A DNA stretch of 64,000 bases from an uncultured Pseudothermotoga sp. (lineage in GTDB: Bacteria > Thermotogota > Thermotogae > Thermotogales > DSM-5069): contig CALKJI010000003.1 of the NCBI GenBank assembly GCA_937995655.1, positions 41,337-105,336 of the forward strand. The letters are read 5' to 3'. Positions 43,811 to 52,463 of the stretch are shown one piece after another. A program made the position numbers and the translations under genes. The notes beneath the pieces were generated by a model. The model ran no database searches. It had not been told where the DNA came from and saw nothing but the letters and a program-made list of their open reading frames with translations. Each line of letters opens with the position of its first letter. The stretch's first letter is position 1.

Positions 43811-46291
43811 ATGAAACGATTGTTAATCGTCTCATTATTTTCGTGCCTGACTGTTCTGTTAGCCTACCAGGTCGAGCTAACGGGGAGGGATCTTTGGTGG
43901 CCCGGTGAACTGTGGAATGCCTTGTGGTGCTCTGTGACCGTCAAAGACAGTGGGGGGAACTTCATAAGAAACCTCAAAGTTGAAGATTTCACTCTCAAGG
44001 AAAGAGCTTACGGAAAGAACAATGAACTTCTTTCACAAGAGATCAAAACCTTTAAAGAACAATCAAACTACAAGTTCAACGGAACAGGTTTTTGGGAAAA
44101 ATCCATCAACTCTGACAGGTTGGACATAGCTTTTTTCATCGATGGAACTGGTTCCATGGGCAAACACATAGACTCAATAAAGCAGCAACTTCACAGATTC
44201 ATGGACAGGCTGCTTGAGACGGGTACTGATTTTAGAATCTTCATAAGCATGTACGAAACTGAGGATGCGCCAGAATGGACTATTTCTTCTTACACAACCA
44301 GGTTCTTTGGCCCTACGATGATCGAGGAAATAAGAAAAGCCATAGGAGAAATCGATACTGCCGGTGAATGGTGGAATTTGACTTGGGGTTACGACGCCTT
44401 CCTTTGGTCTTTGAACTTGGACTGGCGAGAGGATGCAAGGAAGATTGTGGTCATTATCACCGATGTTTACACAGATTCAGTTTACGGTCCGAATTGGTAT
44501 TTTTCATCAGGTTGTGTGACCTCAATGAGCGCGGTGGACTTGGCAATAAGAGAGAGGGGGATACAGCTTTATTATTGCCAACCCGATGAAGATCAGATGG
44601 CAAAAACCGAGCTTTCCGAAAGCTATTCGCCCAAGGTGAACATCAAAGTTAAGCAAAGCAATTTTGACCAGCTTGCCCAGAAAAATTCAATGGTGAAAAA
44701 ACTTTCATGGCCCTTTGATCAATCAGAAATTGAGCTGAAAAACCTCCCAGTTATCGATTCCAAATACTACTTCGCATGGGTAAGTGATTGGAGCAAACAA
44801 AGGTTTGTGGAGAGGGTTGAAGTTGAGATATCTCTCAACAAAACAGGTGATTCTGTCAGTTTTAGCTTCTATCCATTGCAAAATCCTGATGGCACTAGAC
44901 CCTACGAAATGGTAAGAGACGTGAAACTCATTTTAAAAGACGAATCTGGCCTTTCGATGCTCAGTGAAAGAAATGTGTCGGTCTATTTCTACAAAGTAAT
45001 GGGCGATCTGGACAGAATCACCATAGTGAGGGCGATGTACCAAATAGGGGACAAAAATGGGCTACTCCCACTGGGAACTGTTATACCTGGATGGTACTAT
45101 TACATCTTATACACCCACGGCAACGTAGATTACAGCTACGAACAACTTGGGTACACCGGGACTGGCTGGGTACAAATCACAAAAGATGGTGTGAAACCTG
45201 GTCAAATAACGGCATACACGCTAGCAAAGGACATAGAGATCTACAGAATGCTTGGACTGTTGCAAGAACTGGAGAATCTAGACATATCAACCGATAGAAT
45301 GAAAATCTTTGTAAACCAGTCTCGCGATTGGCTCAATCAAATAAAAAAAGATGGTGTGACCCTTGTTGAAATCGAGGCAATAAAAGGCTTTAATGTTGGA
45401 CTTGGTGCGATTATAAACTGTGCCGGTTATGCAGAGGTTGTACAAAATCGTTCCACAGAGGATCTTGTACAAGTCGTTCAGAAAATGACAAACATGCTCA
45501 GAGAAGCATTCAAGGTCGCGGAAAAACTTGAATCTGCTATGCAAATCTTTCTTAAAATAACAAACCTCTTCATCGATATAATCACAGGTAATTGGAGTGG
45601 TGTCACTGCGAATCTTACAATCCAAGAAGTTGTTGATAGATTCGTGAATTACATCAAAAATGAATTGGTGAACGATATCATCAATACCGTTGAGGAAAAA
45701 TTGTTGAGTGTGCTTAACAGCCCAGAGAAGGTATTGGGCTACTTCCATTCCCATGTAGAAGATTGGGTGAAACAACTTTTTAGTCCTGAGCAGATTAGAA
45801 AACAAGTTTTTGACTTTGTGAGCAAAGAACTTGTGTACGATAATTTTACAGTCGATCTTGAAAGGCAGCTAGCAGATCTTCTCTTAAAGTCACAAATATT
45901 GGTCCAAGAGAATGCTGAAAAATACTGGGACTACTACAAAAGATCGAGTCTAATCAGACAAGATTTCCACAATATGAGAAAACTCCTGATGGGTGACCTA
46001 TTCAGCAAGTCCTATACAGCCTTGGAAGATCAACGCACCATAGACGACTGGGAAAGTGTGCTCGTGGTCTTTCGTGAGACAATTCCCTTGATCGTTGAAT
46101 TCATAAAACTCTTTGAAATGAGATATCCTGAACTTAGTGATGTTAAGAAAGCTCTTCAAACGCTCTATTCAGTACTTGACGCCATAGGAACTATGACGAA
46201 AACTTACGAGATGGCTTTAAAGATCAACCACCTCGAAGACCTTCAAAACCGTGTAAAACACATAGTGAGTGCTGTGTACATGCACAAATGA
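43811..46291 (+). CDS. Secreted VWA-domain protein with long alpha-helical C-terminal region
   Basis: Signal peptide; SVTVKDSGGNFIRNLKVEDF pre-VWA segment; MIDAS DIAFFIDGTGSMG; WREDARKIVVIITD; helical C-terminal ~350 aa. Confidence 0.8.
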   Translation: MKRLLIVSLFSCLTVLLAYQVELTGRDLWWPGELWNALWCSVTVKDSGGNFIRNLKVEDFTLKERAYGKNNELLSQEIKTFKEQSNYKFNGTGFWEKSINSDRLDIAFFIDGTGSMGKHIDSIKQQLHRFMDRLLETGTDFRIFISMYETEDAPEWTISSYTTRFFGPTMIEEIRKAIGEIDTAGEWWNLTWGYDAFLWSLNLDWREDARKIVVIITDVYTDSVYGPNWYFSSGCVTSMSAVDLAIRERGIQLYYCQPDEDQMAKTELSESYSPKVNIKVKQSNFDQLAQKNSMVKKLSWPFDQSEIELKNLPVIDSKYYFAWVSDWSKQRFVERVEVEISLNKTGDSVSFSFYPLQNPDGTRPYEMVRDVKLILKDESGLSMLSERNVSVYFYKVMGDLDRITIVRAMYQIGDKNGLLPLGTVIPGWYYYILYTHGNVDYSYEQLGYTGTGWVQITKDGVKPGQITAYTLAKDIEIYRMLGLLQELENLDISTDRMKIFVNQSRDWLNQIKKDGVTLVEIEAIKGFNVGLGAIINCAGYAEVVQNRSTEDLVQVVQKMTNMLREAFKVAEKLESAMQIFLKITNLFIDIITGNWSGVTANLTIQEVVDRFVNYIKNELVNDIINTVEEKLLSVLNSPEKVLGYFHSHVEDWVKQLFSPEQIRKQVFDFVSKELVYDNFTVDLERQLADLLLKSQILVQENAEKYWDYYKRSSLIRQDFHNMRKLLMGDLFSKSYTALEDQRTIDDWESVLVVFRETIPLIVEFIKLFEMRYPELSDVKKALQTLYSVLDAIGTMTKTYEMALKINHLEDLQNRVKHIVSAVYMHK

Positions 46292-46418
46292 GAAAGCACA
46301 AAGTTTTCTTATAACTCCTTAAGTTGAGAAATATTGTATTTGATTTAACAATTCTTTGGTTCCCCTAAAGAATCAAAGATTACCTTACTCATGAGCGCTT
46401 AAAAGTGGAGGTGGTTTA

Positions 46419-47786
46419 ATGAAATTTAAAGTTCTGCTAATACTTTCCTTCTTCATCCTGTCAGTAGCACTCGCTAACGGGAAAATAGTTGGATCTATCA
46501 TCGATGAAACGGGTTCACCGCTCACGGCACGAATCAGAATCATGTCTGTGCAAAGAGCTTTCTTGATCACATTGTATACCGACTGGAATGGGGACTTTGA
46601 GATCGACTTGGCCCAAGGGCAGTACGAATTTGAAATAACAAAAGGCCCTGAGTATGAAAGGAAGATAATCCGAGTCGATGTAGTTGATAACAAAGAAACA
46701 GAAATGAAAATCACACTCAACAGACTTTACGATCTTGCCCAGGTGGGATGGTTCGGTGGAGATACACACATGCACTCAACCTATAGCGACGGGAGACAAA
46801 ATGTTGAACAAGTTGCCTTGGCATGTTCAGCTGCAGGATTATCTTGGGCTGTGCTGAGTGACCATAACACGATCGCTGGAAATGATGAATGGCTATCTTT
46901 CTCTGGCAAGGGAATTACAACCATAATGGGTGAGGAAATAACAACACAAATTGGGCACATCAATGCACTTGGTGTAAATCAATTAGTAGCGTGGAAACCC
47001 TCAGCAACAGATGAAGACATCAAGAGAATATTTACAGATATAGCCTCGCAGAAGGCAGTATCTCAAATAAATCATCCCTTTGATCTTAGAAACCCTTTTG
47101 AACGAATACACGTTGAAGGTTTTGACCTCATCGAAATTTGGAACGGAGCAGCACCTCCTATAGCTGAAGGCCTTGGGAACAGAGAGAGCCAAGAATACTG
47201 GTATGGACTACTCAATCAAGGTAAAAAAATAGCTGCAGTCGCTGGCAGTGATTGTCATGATGTATACAGTTCTTACTCCTTGCTTGGATTTCTGCCATTG
47301 CAAACGGTGATATTAATTTTGCAAAGGGAACTTCCAGGCTCTGAATTCATAGAGTACGCAAAAAATAACGAACAGATTTTGAGAAGCTGGGTAAAGCATG
47401 GCCTATTTCCTGGTACACCTCGAACTTACGTAAAGGTTCCAGAACTGACCCAAGAAAATGTACTCAATGCCCTAAAGAGTGGTAAAAGTTTCCTGACAAA
47501 TGGGCCTCTCTTACTCGTCGATATCAACGGTGCCGAGCCAGGAGAAACCGTTTTGATCTCAGAGAAGATGATGCTAAATATACATATGATGTCAAACACA
47601 CCCATCGAAGAACTTCGTATAATACAATCAGGCCAAAGGGTTTATACCATTTCGCTAAGAGGCAAAACTCTTTTCCAATGTTCGATACAGATCGATCCCA
47701 AGGATGGTGATTGGATTCTTGTTGAAGCCTTTGGGGACTATCCACTCTATGCTTTGACAAACCCTATATACTTTAAGAACAGATAG
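46419..47786 (+). CDS. Secreted PHP-domain (CehA/McbA-like) metallohydrolase with N-terminal carboxypeptidase-regulatory-like domain
   Basis: Signal peptide; GDTHMHSTYSDG, SDHN, GEEITT..GHIN, INHP, IEIWNG, GSDCH. Confidence 0.85.
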   Translation: MKFKVLLILSFFILSVALANGKIVGSIIDETGSPLTARIRIMSVQRAFLITLYTDWNGDFEIDLAQGQYEFEITKGPEYERKIIRVDVVDNKETEMKITLNRLYDLAQVGWFGGDTHMHSTYSDGRQNVEQVALACSAAGLSWAVLSDHNTIAGNDEWLSFSGKGITTIMGEEITTQIGHINALGVNQLVAWKPSATDEDIKRIFTDIASQKAVSQINHPFDLRNPFERIHVEGFDLIEIWNGAAPPIAEGLGNRESQEYWYGLLNQGKKIAAVAGSDCHDVYSSYSLLGFLPLQTVILILQRELPGSEFIEYAKNNEQILRSWVKHGLFPGTPRTYVKVPELTQENVLNALKSGKSFLTNGPLLLVDINGAEPGETVLISEKMMLNIHMMSNTPIEELRIIQSGQRVYTISLRGKTLFQCSIQIDPKDGDWILVEAFGDYPLYALTNPIYFKNR

Positions 47787-47810
47787 AGCGTGAACTAATC
47801 AGGACAAAAC

Positions 47811-47837
47811 AAAAGCCCCGCAGAAGCGGGGCTTTTT
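47811..47837. terminator. Bidirectional intrinsic terminator
   Basis: AAAAGCCCCGC-agaa-GCGGGGCTTTT between convergent genes. Confidence 0.9.
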
Positions 47838-47847
47838 ACCTTCCTTC

Positions 47848-48111
47848 TCAATTTCTTGGAAAGACTATGAACTTCAAAGCTGTTCTTGTTTCCTTGTCAA
47901 TCTCGACATCGGTGAAGGCAGGAATGCTAACAAGGTCGATTCCACTTGGTGCCAGATAACCCCTGGCTATAGCGATTGCCTTGACCGCTTGATTGACAGC
48001 ACCAGCACCAATTGCCTGAAGTTCTGCCTTACCACTCTCTCTGATCATACCTGCAAGGGCACCTGCAACTTTGTTGGGATTAGAGTTAGAGGCTACCTTT
48101 AGTACTTCCAT
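47848..48111 (-). CDS. spoVS: Stage V sporulation protein S family
   Basis: MEVLKV..SNPNKVAGALAG...AIGAGAVNQAVKAIAIARGYLAPSG. Confidence 0.96.
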   Translation of the reverse strand: MEVLKVASNSNPNKVAGALAGMIRESGKAELQAIGAGAVNQAVKAIAIARGYLAPSGIDLVSIPAFTDVEIDKETRTALKFIVFPRN

Positions 48112-48169
48112 CCCTTCTACCTCCTTTGGAAAAGCAGTTTCTATTCCTCAGCTACGTTCACCAGGGGAT

Positions 48170-48245
48170 TGGCGCGCCTGGCAGGACTTGAACCCGCAAC
48201 CATCGGATCCGAAGTCCGACGCTCTATCCATTGAGCTACAGGCGC
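48170..48245 (-). tRNA. tRNA-Arg (TCG)
   Basis: 76 nt; TCGGA-CT-TCG-GA-TCCGA anticodon arm; CCA. Confidence 0.96.
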
Positions 48246-48251
48246 ACATCC

Positions 48252-48328
48252 TGGGGTGACCAGCGGGCTTCGAACCCGCGGCCGCCTGATCCACAGTCAG
48301 GCGCTCTACCAGCTGAGCTATGGTCACC
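48252..48328 (-). tRNA. tRNA-His (GTG)
   Basis: CCTGA-CT-GTG-GA-TCAGG anticodon arm; encoded G-1 pairing with C73; CCA. Confidence 0.96.
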
Positions 48329-48332
48329 ACGT

Positions 48333-48409
48333 TGGTGCGCCCGGCGGGAATCGAACCCACAACCCTCGGATTAGAAGTCCGATGCTCTATCCTATTGAGC
48401 TACGGGCGC
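48333..48409 (-). tRNA. tRNA-Arg (TCT)
   Basis: TCGGA-CT-TCT-AA-TCCGA anticodon arm; CCA. Confidence 0.96.
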
Positions 48410-48484
48410 TGGAGCGGGCGACGGGATTCGAACCCGCAGCCCTCGGCTTGGAAGGCCGATGCTCTACCATTGAGCTACACCCGC
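48410..48484 (-). tRNA. tRNA-Gly (TCC)
   Basis: TCGGC-CT-TCC-AA-GCCGA anticodon arm; T discriminator; CCA. Confidence 0.96.
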
Positions 48485-48743
48485 TTGCGTCAATAAGTAT
48501 TTTACTACACCGGCCGGAAAAATCAAGAGTGACGATTTGATTTTTTACTTAGCACGTAACCGACCGTCTTGAGGTGGAACTCTCTTTTTGACGGTTTAAC
48601 TCTTCGTTCCGATTCTTTTAAAATCTGTCGGTATTCACCACTAGTCGATTCACAAGGCGATTGGCGCTAAGGTTCAATGCCTTCCTTTTCTAATGACTTT
48701 TTAATAAAGATGTATTTATCTTTTTCTAGAGGGGGGGATCTTC

Positions 48744-49217
48744 ATGAAAAGTTTAAGGTCGATAGTTTTGATTGGTTTGTGTCTGAGCCTCATGGTCGTT
48801 GCAGAGAGTCAGCAACTTCCAGAACCATTGGGAAGACCAAGTTTGGTAGTAGAACCACAGATTCTTGTCTTTTCACCCAAGGAGTTAAGAGAAAAGTCAA
48901 TCTTTGTGTACAACACGAATCTTAAGTCGGAAGCAAAGTGGTCTTCAGTAAGCTCGAAGTTTATTCGCGTGAGCAGTGATTTACCAAATCCTATTCCACC
49001 ACTCTCGGGAGGATACTTGAAGGTATCGGTGAACTGGAATCAAGTTGAAACAGAGATGATCAAAGTAGAAAACCCTGAGCTTTTACACAAACTGTTGTCT
49101 CAGATTCTTGGAACTGAACTTCCATCAAAACCGATAGGATTTGGATTGATCAGCATCAAAGAAGAGGTTGGAAGAGCAGTTTACATCCATATCGTAAAAG
49201 TCGTCTTGCTAAAATAA
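48744..49217 (+). CDS. Hypothetical exported protein (beta-rich)
   Basis: 157 aa with signal peptide, G-rich SD and own terminator; no catalytic motif recognised. Confidence 0.7.
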   Translation: MKSLRSIVLIGLCLSLMVVAESQQLPEPLGRPSLVVEPQILVFSPKELREKSIFVYNTNLKSEAKWSSVSSKFIRVSSDLPNPIPPLSGGYLKVSVNWNQVETEMIKVENPELLHKLLSQILGTELPSKPIGFGLISIKEEVGRAVYIHIVKVVLLK

Positions 49218-49218
49218 T

Positions 49219-49243
49219 CAAAAAGGGGCTTCCGTGCCCCTTT
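49219..49243. terminator. Terminator between convergent hypothetical gene and arcC
   Basis: AAAGGGGC-ttccgt-GCCCCTTT. Confidence 0.75.
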
Positions 49244-49269
49244 GGACTGTAACAAATCTGGCAACCTCA

Positions 49270-50202
49270 TCATTTTATTCGTGTACCTGTTTTGCCATCA
49301 AGTGCCAATTTCAGCTTTGCCATGTCTGTTATAATGCATTCTCTCCCTGTTGCCTTCACAAAATCGATCGCTGATTCGATCTTTGGTCCCATACTTCCAG
49401 AGGGAAACTGACCTTCTTTGAGATACTTTTCTGCTTCATCGATGGTGAGTTCATCGAGATCTTTTTGATTGGGTTTTCCATAGTTTAGTGCAACCTTTTC
49501 CACACCCGTCAGTATGACAAACAAATCAGCGTCTATTTCAATGGCAAGGAGCGCACTGGCTCTGTCTTTATCTATAACTGCCTCAACACCCTTTAGAGTG
49601 CCGTTCTCTTTTATTACAGGTATACCTCCACCACCAGCGGCAATAACTATCACATCGTTCTTCAAGAGCATTTTAATTACCTCTTTCTCAACAATATCAA
49701 GGGGTTTTGGTGATGGAACGACCCTTCTATAACCTCTCCCTGCATCTTCTTTCATGATCCATCCTTTTTCCCTTGCCAATCTCTCAGCCTGTTCCTTTGT
49801 GTAGAATGGGCCAACGGGCTTTGTAGGATTCTCGAAGGCCTTGTCATTTTTGTCAACGATGATTTGAGTTATAATACCAGCGATCTCACGAACTTGATTT
49901 TTCATACTCAAACTGTTTCTCAAAGCCTGAGCTATCATATAACCAAGACTCCCTTGAGTCTGGGCGTCGTTCACGTCTATTGGAAATGGTGGAATGACGT
50001 CCTTCGCCATCTCCTGTTGAATCAAAATATTTCCAACCTGAGGACCGTTCCCATGTGTAATGACTAAATCATATTCTTCAAGCATGTCTATCAGATAAGC
50101 CATTGCCTCTGTCAGAGCTTGAAACATATTCTCTGCCGTTGGCTTTTCGCCAGGTCTGTTCACAGCATTGCCACCTATCGCAACAACAGCAAGTTTTTTC
50201 AT
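49270..50202 (-). CDS. arcC: Carbamate kinase
   Basis: AIGGNA, THGNGPQVG, TQGSLGY, PTKPVGPFY, GYRRVVPSP, GGGGIPV, EAVIDKD, GSMGPK. Confidence 0.96.
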   Translation of the reverse strand: MKKLAVVAIGGNAVNRPGEKPTAENMFQALTEAMAYLIDMLEEYDLVITHGNGPQVGNILIQQEMAKDVIPPFPIDVNDAQTQGSLGYMIAQALRNSLSMKNQVREIAGIITQIIVDKNDKAFENPTKPVGPFYTKEQAERLAREKGWIMKEDAGRGYRRVVPSPKPLDIVEKEVIKMLLKNDVIVIAAGGGGIPVIKENGTLKGVEAVIDKDRASALLAIEIDADLFVILTGVEKVALNYGKPNQKDLDELTIDEAEKYLKEGQFPSGSMGPKIESAIDFVKATGRECIITDMAKLKLALDGKTGTRIK

Positions 50203-50226
50203 TCACTTAACCTCCCTTAAAGAGAC

Positions 50227-50250
50227 AAAAGAGGGACATAAGTCCCTCTT
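50227..50250 (-). terminator. Terminator of the rpsF-ssb-rpsR operon
   Basis: AAGAGGGAC-ataa-GTCCCTCTT hairpin with T run on the minus strand. Confidence 0.8.
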
Positions 50251-50267
50251 GATTCAGCATGAAAAAA

Positions 50268-50510
50268 TCACAGCTTTATGAACGGCAACAAAGCCATATG
50301 TCTTGCACGCTTTATAGCCACTTTGATCATTCTCTGGTGTTTTGCGCAGTTTCCTGTAACTCTCTTTGGTACAATCTTTCCCTTGTCTGTGATATATTCA
50401 CTGAGCAGTCGAATATCTTTGTAATCTACATACTGAACCTTCATCTCACAGAGCTTACATTTCTTGATCTTTCTCTTTCTTCTTTTTTTCTGTTGCTGTT
50501 GTTGTGCCAT
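50268..50510 (-). CDS. rpsR: 30S ribosomal protein S18 (zinc-binding form)
   Basis: CKLC...[26 protein letters not shown]....AIKRAR..ALLP. Confidence 0.97.
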   Translation of the reverse strand: MAQQQQQKKRRKRKIKKCKLCEMKVQYVDYKDIRLLSEYITDKGKIVPKRVTGNCAKHQRMIKVAIKRARHMALLPFIKL

Positions 50511-50524
50511 CAATTCACACCTCC

Positions 50525-50977
50525 TCAGAATGGTGGTTTATCCAGATCTTCTTCATCGATCTCTTGTTCCCCAGGTTCAACGATTTCTTCTTCTTTTGGA
50601 TAGAACGATTCTTTTGGCAAAAACTCTGGTTCCTCAAAGACTTTCTTTTCCATGAATCTTATGTCCCTTGCCCAAATTTCGGCAGTAGTTCTGTTTGTAC
50701 CATCCTTAGCCTGCCACTTTTGAAGTCTCAGTTCACCCTCTACCAAGATCAACTGGCCCTTCTTCAAGTAGGTTTTTGCAAAATCGGCAAGCTTGTTGAA
50801 GGCTACGATTCTTATAAAATCCGTAGTCTGTTGGTCCTCTGAAACGTCCTGCCGAGTCGGTCTGTTCACAGCAAGGTTGAAATTTGCCACACTTCTGCCG
50901 GAGGTAGTGAATCTGATCTCTGGATCTCTTGTTATCCTTCCAACAAGGATCACTCTGTTAAAATATGACATAGTCAT
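50525..50977 (-). CDS. ssb: Single-stranded DNA-binding protein
   Basis: [25 protein letters not shown], acidic tail ending in PF. Confidence 0.96.
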   Translation of the reverse strand: MTMSYFNRVILVGRITRDPEIRFTTSGRSVANFNLAVNRPTRQDVSEDQQTTDFIRIVAFNKLADFAKTYLKKGQLILVEGELRLQKWQAKDGTNRTTAEIWARDIRFMEKKVFEEPEFLPKESFYPKEEEIVEPGEQEIDEEDLDKPPF

Positions 50978-51318
50978 TCCTTCTTTTCTTCAGGCTGGAG
51001 TTGCTCCTTCTTTTCTTTTTTCTCAAGATCTTCTCTTCTAAAGGTCTGCCAGCGAAGAATCTGAGGTGTTACCCTGTAGAATTCCTCAAGTCTGTTCAAA
51101 TCTGTTGGAGGCGCCTTGAATAAAACAACTGTGTAATCCCCTTCTGTTTGGTGACCAATTGGATAGGCTAATTTCCTGATACCCCAACGGTTCACCGTTT
51201 CCACAGTTCCCTTGACTCGCCCTGTAATGATTGTCTTGACTTTTTCTACAAGGGCTTCTCTTTCCTCGTTTTTCAAACGAGTATCGATGATGAACATCGT
51301 TTCATAGATCCTTTCCAT
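50974..51318 (-). CDS. rpsF: 30S ribosomal protein S6
   Basis: RIYETMFII, WGIRKLAYPI, GDY, ILR; first gene of rpsF-ssb-rpsR. Confidence 0.96.
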   Translation of the reverse strand: MERIYETMFIIDTRLKNEEREALVEKVKTIITGRVKGTVETVNRWGIRKLAYPIGHQTEGDYTVVLFKAPPTDLNRLEEFYRVTPQILRWQTFRREDLEKKEKKEQLQPEEKKE

Positions 51319-51324
51319 CACTTA

Positions 51325-51375
51325 CCTCCTCCCTCGGTCTAACGGCCTTGCCTACCTCCGGCAAAGCGGGAGCAC
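51325..51375 (-). ncRNA. S6:S18 autoregulatory leader RNA
   Basis: Minus strand CTCCC..TTTGCC-ggaggta-GGCAAG..CCG-A-GGGAG: basal stem pairs with the SD region, conserved CCG lies in the internal loop, directly upstream of rpsF. Confidence 0.75.
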
Positions 51376-51438
51376 AGAAGATTATACACAAGCCGACGAC
51401 AAAATTTGTTACAAAACTGTGAAGGGCAGCGAGAGCTC

Positions 51439-52377
51439 TCACTGGCCAAAGGCCTTTATGAGGCATTCGAGAAACTCATCGGGACATTCTTCCTGAGGTA
51501 CATGTCCACAGTTGTCTATGACACAAAGGGTAGCATCTTTCAGTCTTTTTGCCAGCTCTTCGCTACTTTTAAGTGGAATTGCTCTGTCTTGCTTGCCATG
51601 TATTATCAAAACTGGGCAATCGATTTTATCTAGATCCTTTGTTATATCTTTGTAGTTTGCTGATTTTGTGAACTCCCAGAGCGCCTTTTTCCAACCCAGA
51701 ACCTTTGTTGGTCTTGTATAAGCTTCCCTATCCTGATCTGTGATTTTGGATGGGTCAAAGTAAGCCCCACTCAGTGCTTCCTCAAAAGATCTTACTATCA
51801 ATCTTCCAACGATATCTGGTCCCACATGATTCACCTGCGGTATGTTCATTAAAAACCTTACAAAACCATTTGTCCAATCGCTGTTAAAGACAGCGGCATC
51901 TACCAAGACAAGTGCTTCAACTCTCTGGGGGTACGTTAATGCAAAATTCAAGGCAACAAAACCTCCTGCCGAATTACCTACAAGAATGGCTTTGGGTATA
52001 TTGAAATGATCCATCATCTTTTTGAGAAGCTCAACCTGATACTCGTTTGTATAAGGGTTGAACTTCAGATCGAAACGCCTTTCCGTAAGACCAAAGGCCG
52101 GTCGATCATAGGAGATCACAGTGTAGTACTCTGAAAGCTTTCCGGCCACCTTTTCCCACGTGTGGGTATTAGAGCCAAAACCATGGAGAAGGATCATGTA
52201 TCGTTCTCTGTTTCCAAAGATCTTGTAATGAATATCAAGCCCGTCTATCTTCACAAACTGGCTATCAGGGTATGCGAGCTCCCTGTGACTGAGTTGACCA
52301 TCTTCATAAAAATAGAAAAATGGAGCAAAGAAGACAACTACGAATATGGAAAACCACACTATTTTCACGATCCTCAC
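51439..52377 (-). CDS. Alpha/beta-fold hydrolase (esterase/lipase) with N-terminal anchor
   Basis: LLHGFGS, DRPAFG, nucleophile GNSAGG, HGKQD, CGHVPQEE. Confidence 0.9.
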   Translation of the reverse strand: MRIVKIVWFSIFVVVFFAPFFYFYEDGQLSHRELAYPDSQFVKIDGLDIHYKIFGNRERYMILLHGFGSNTHTWEKVAGKLSEYYTVISYDRPAFGLTERRFDLKFNPYTNEYQVELLKKMMDHFNIPKAILVGNSAGGFVALNFALTYPQRVEALVLVDAAVFNSDWTNGFVRFLMNIPQVNHVGPDIVGRLIVRSFEEALSGAYFDPSKITDQDREAYTRPTKVLGWKKALWEFTKSANYKDITKDLDKIDCPVLIIHGKQDRAIPLKSSEELAKRLKDATLCVIDNCGHVPQEECPDEFLECLIKAFGQ

Positions 52378-52463
52378 CTCCTGAAAAATCTTTCTTTCAA
52401 ACCTCCAAATCTTTAAGGAGTTATAGAACTGTACGATAAAATATATTGACAGAGGTGTCTGAA

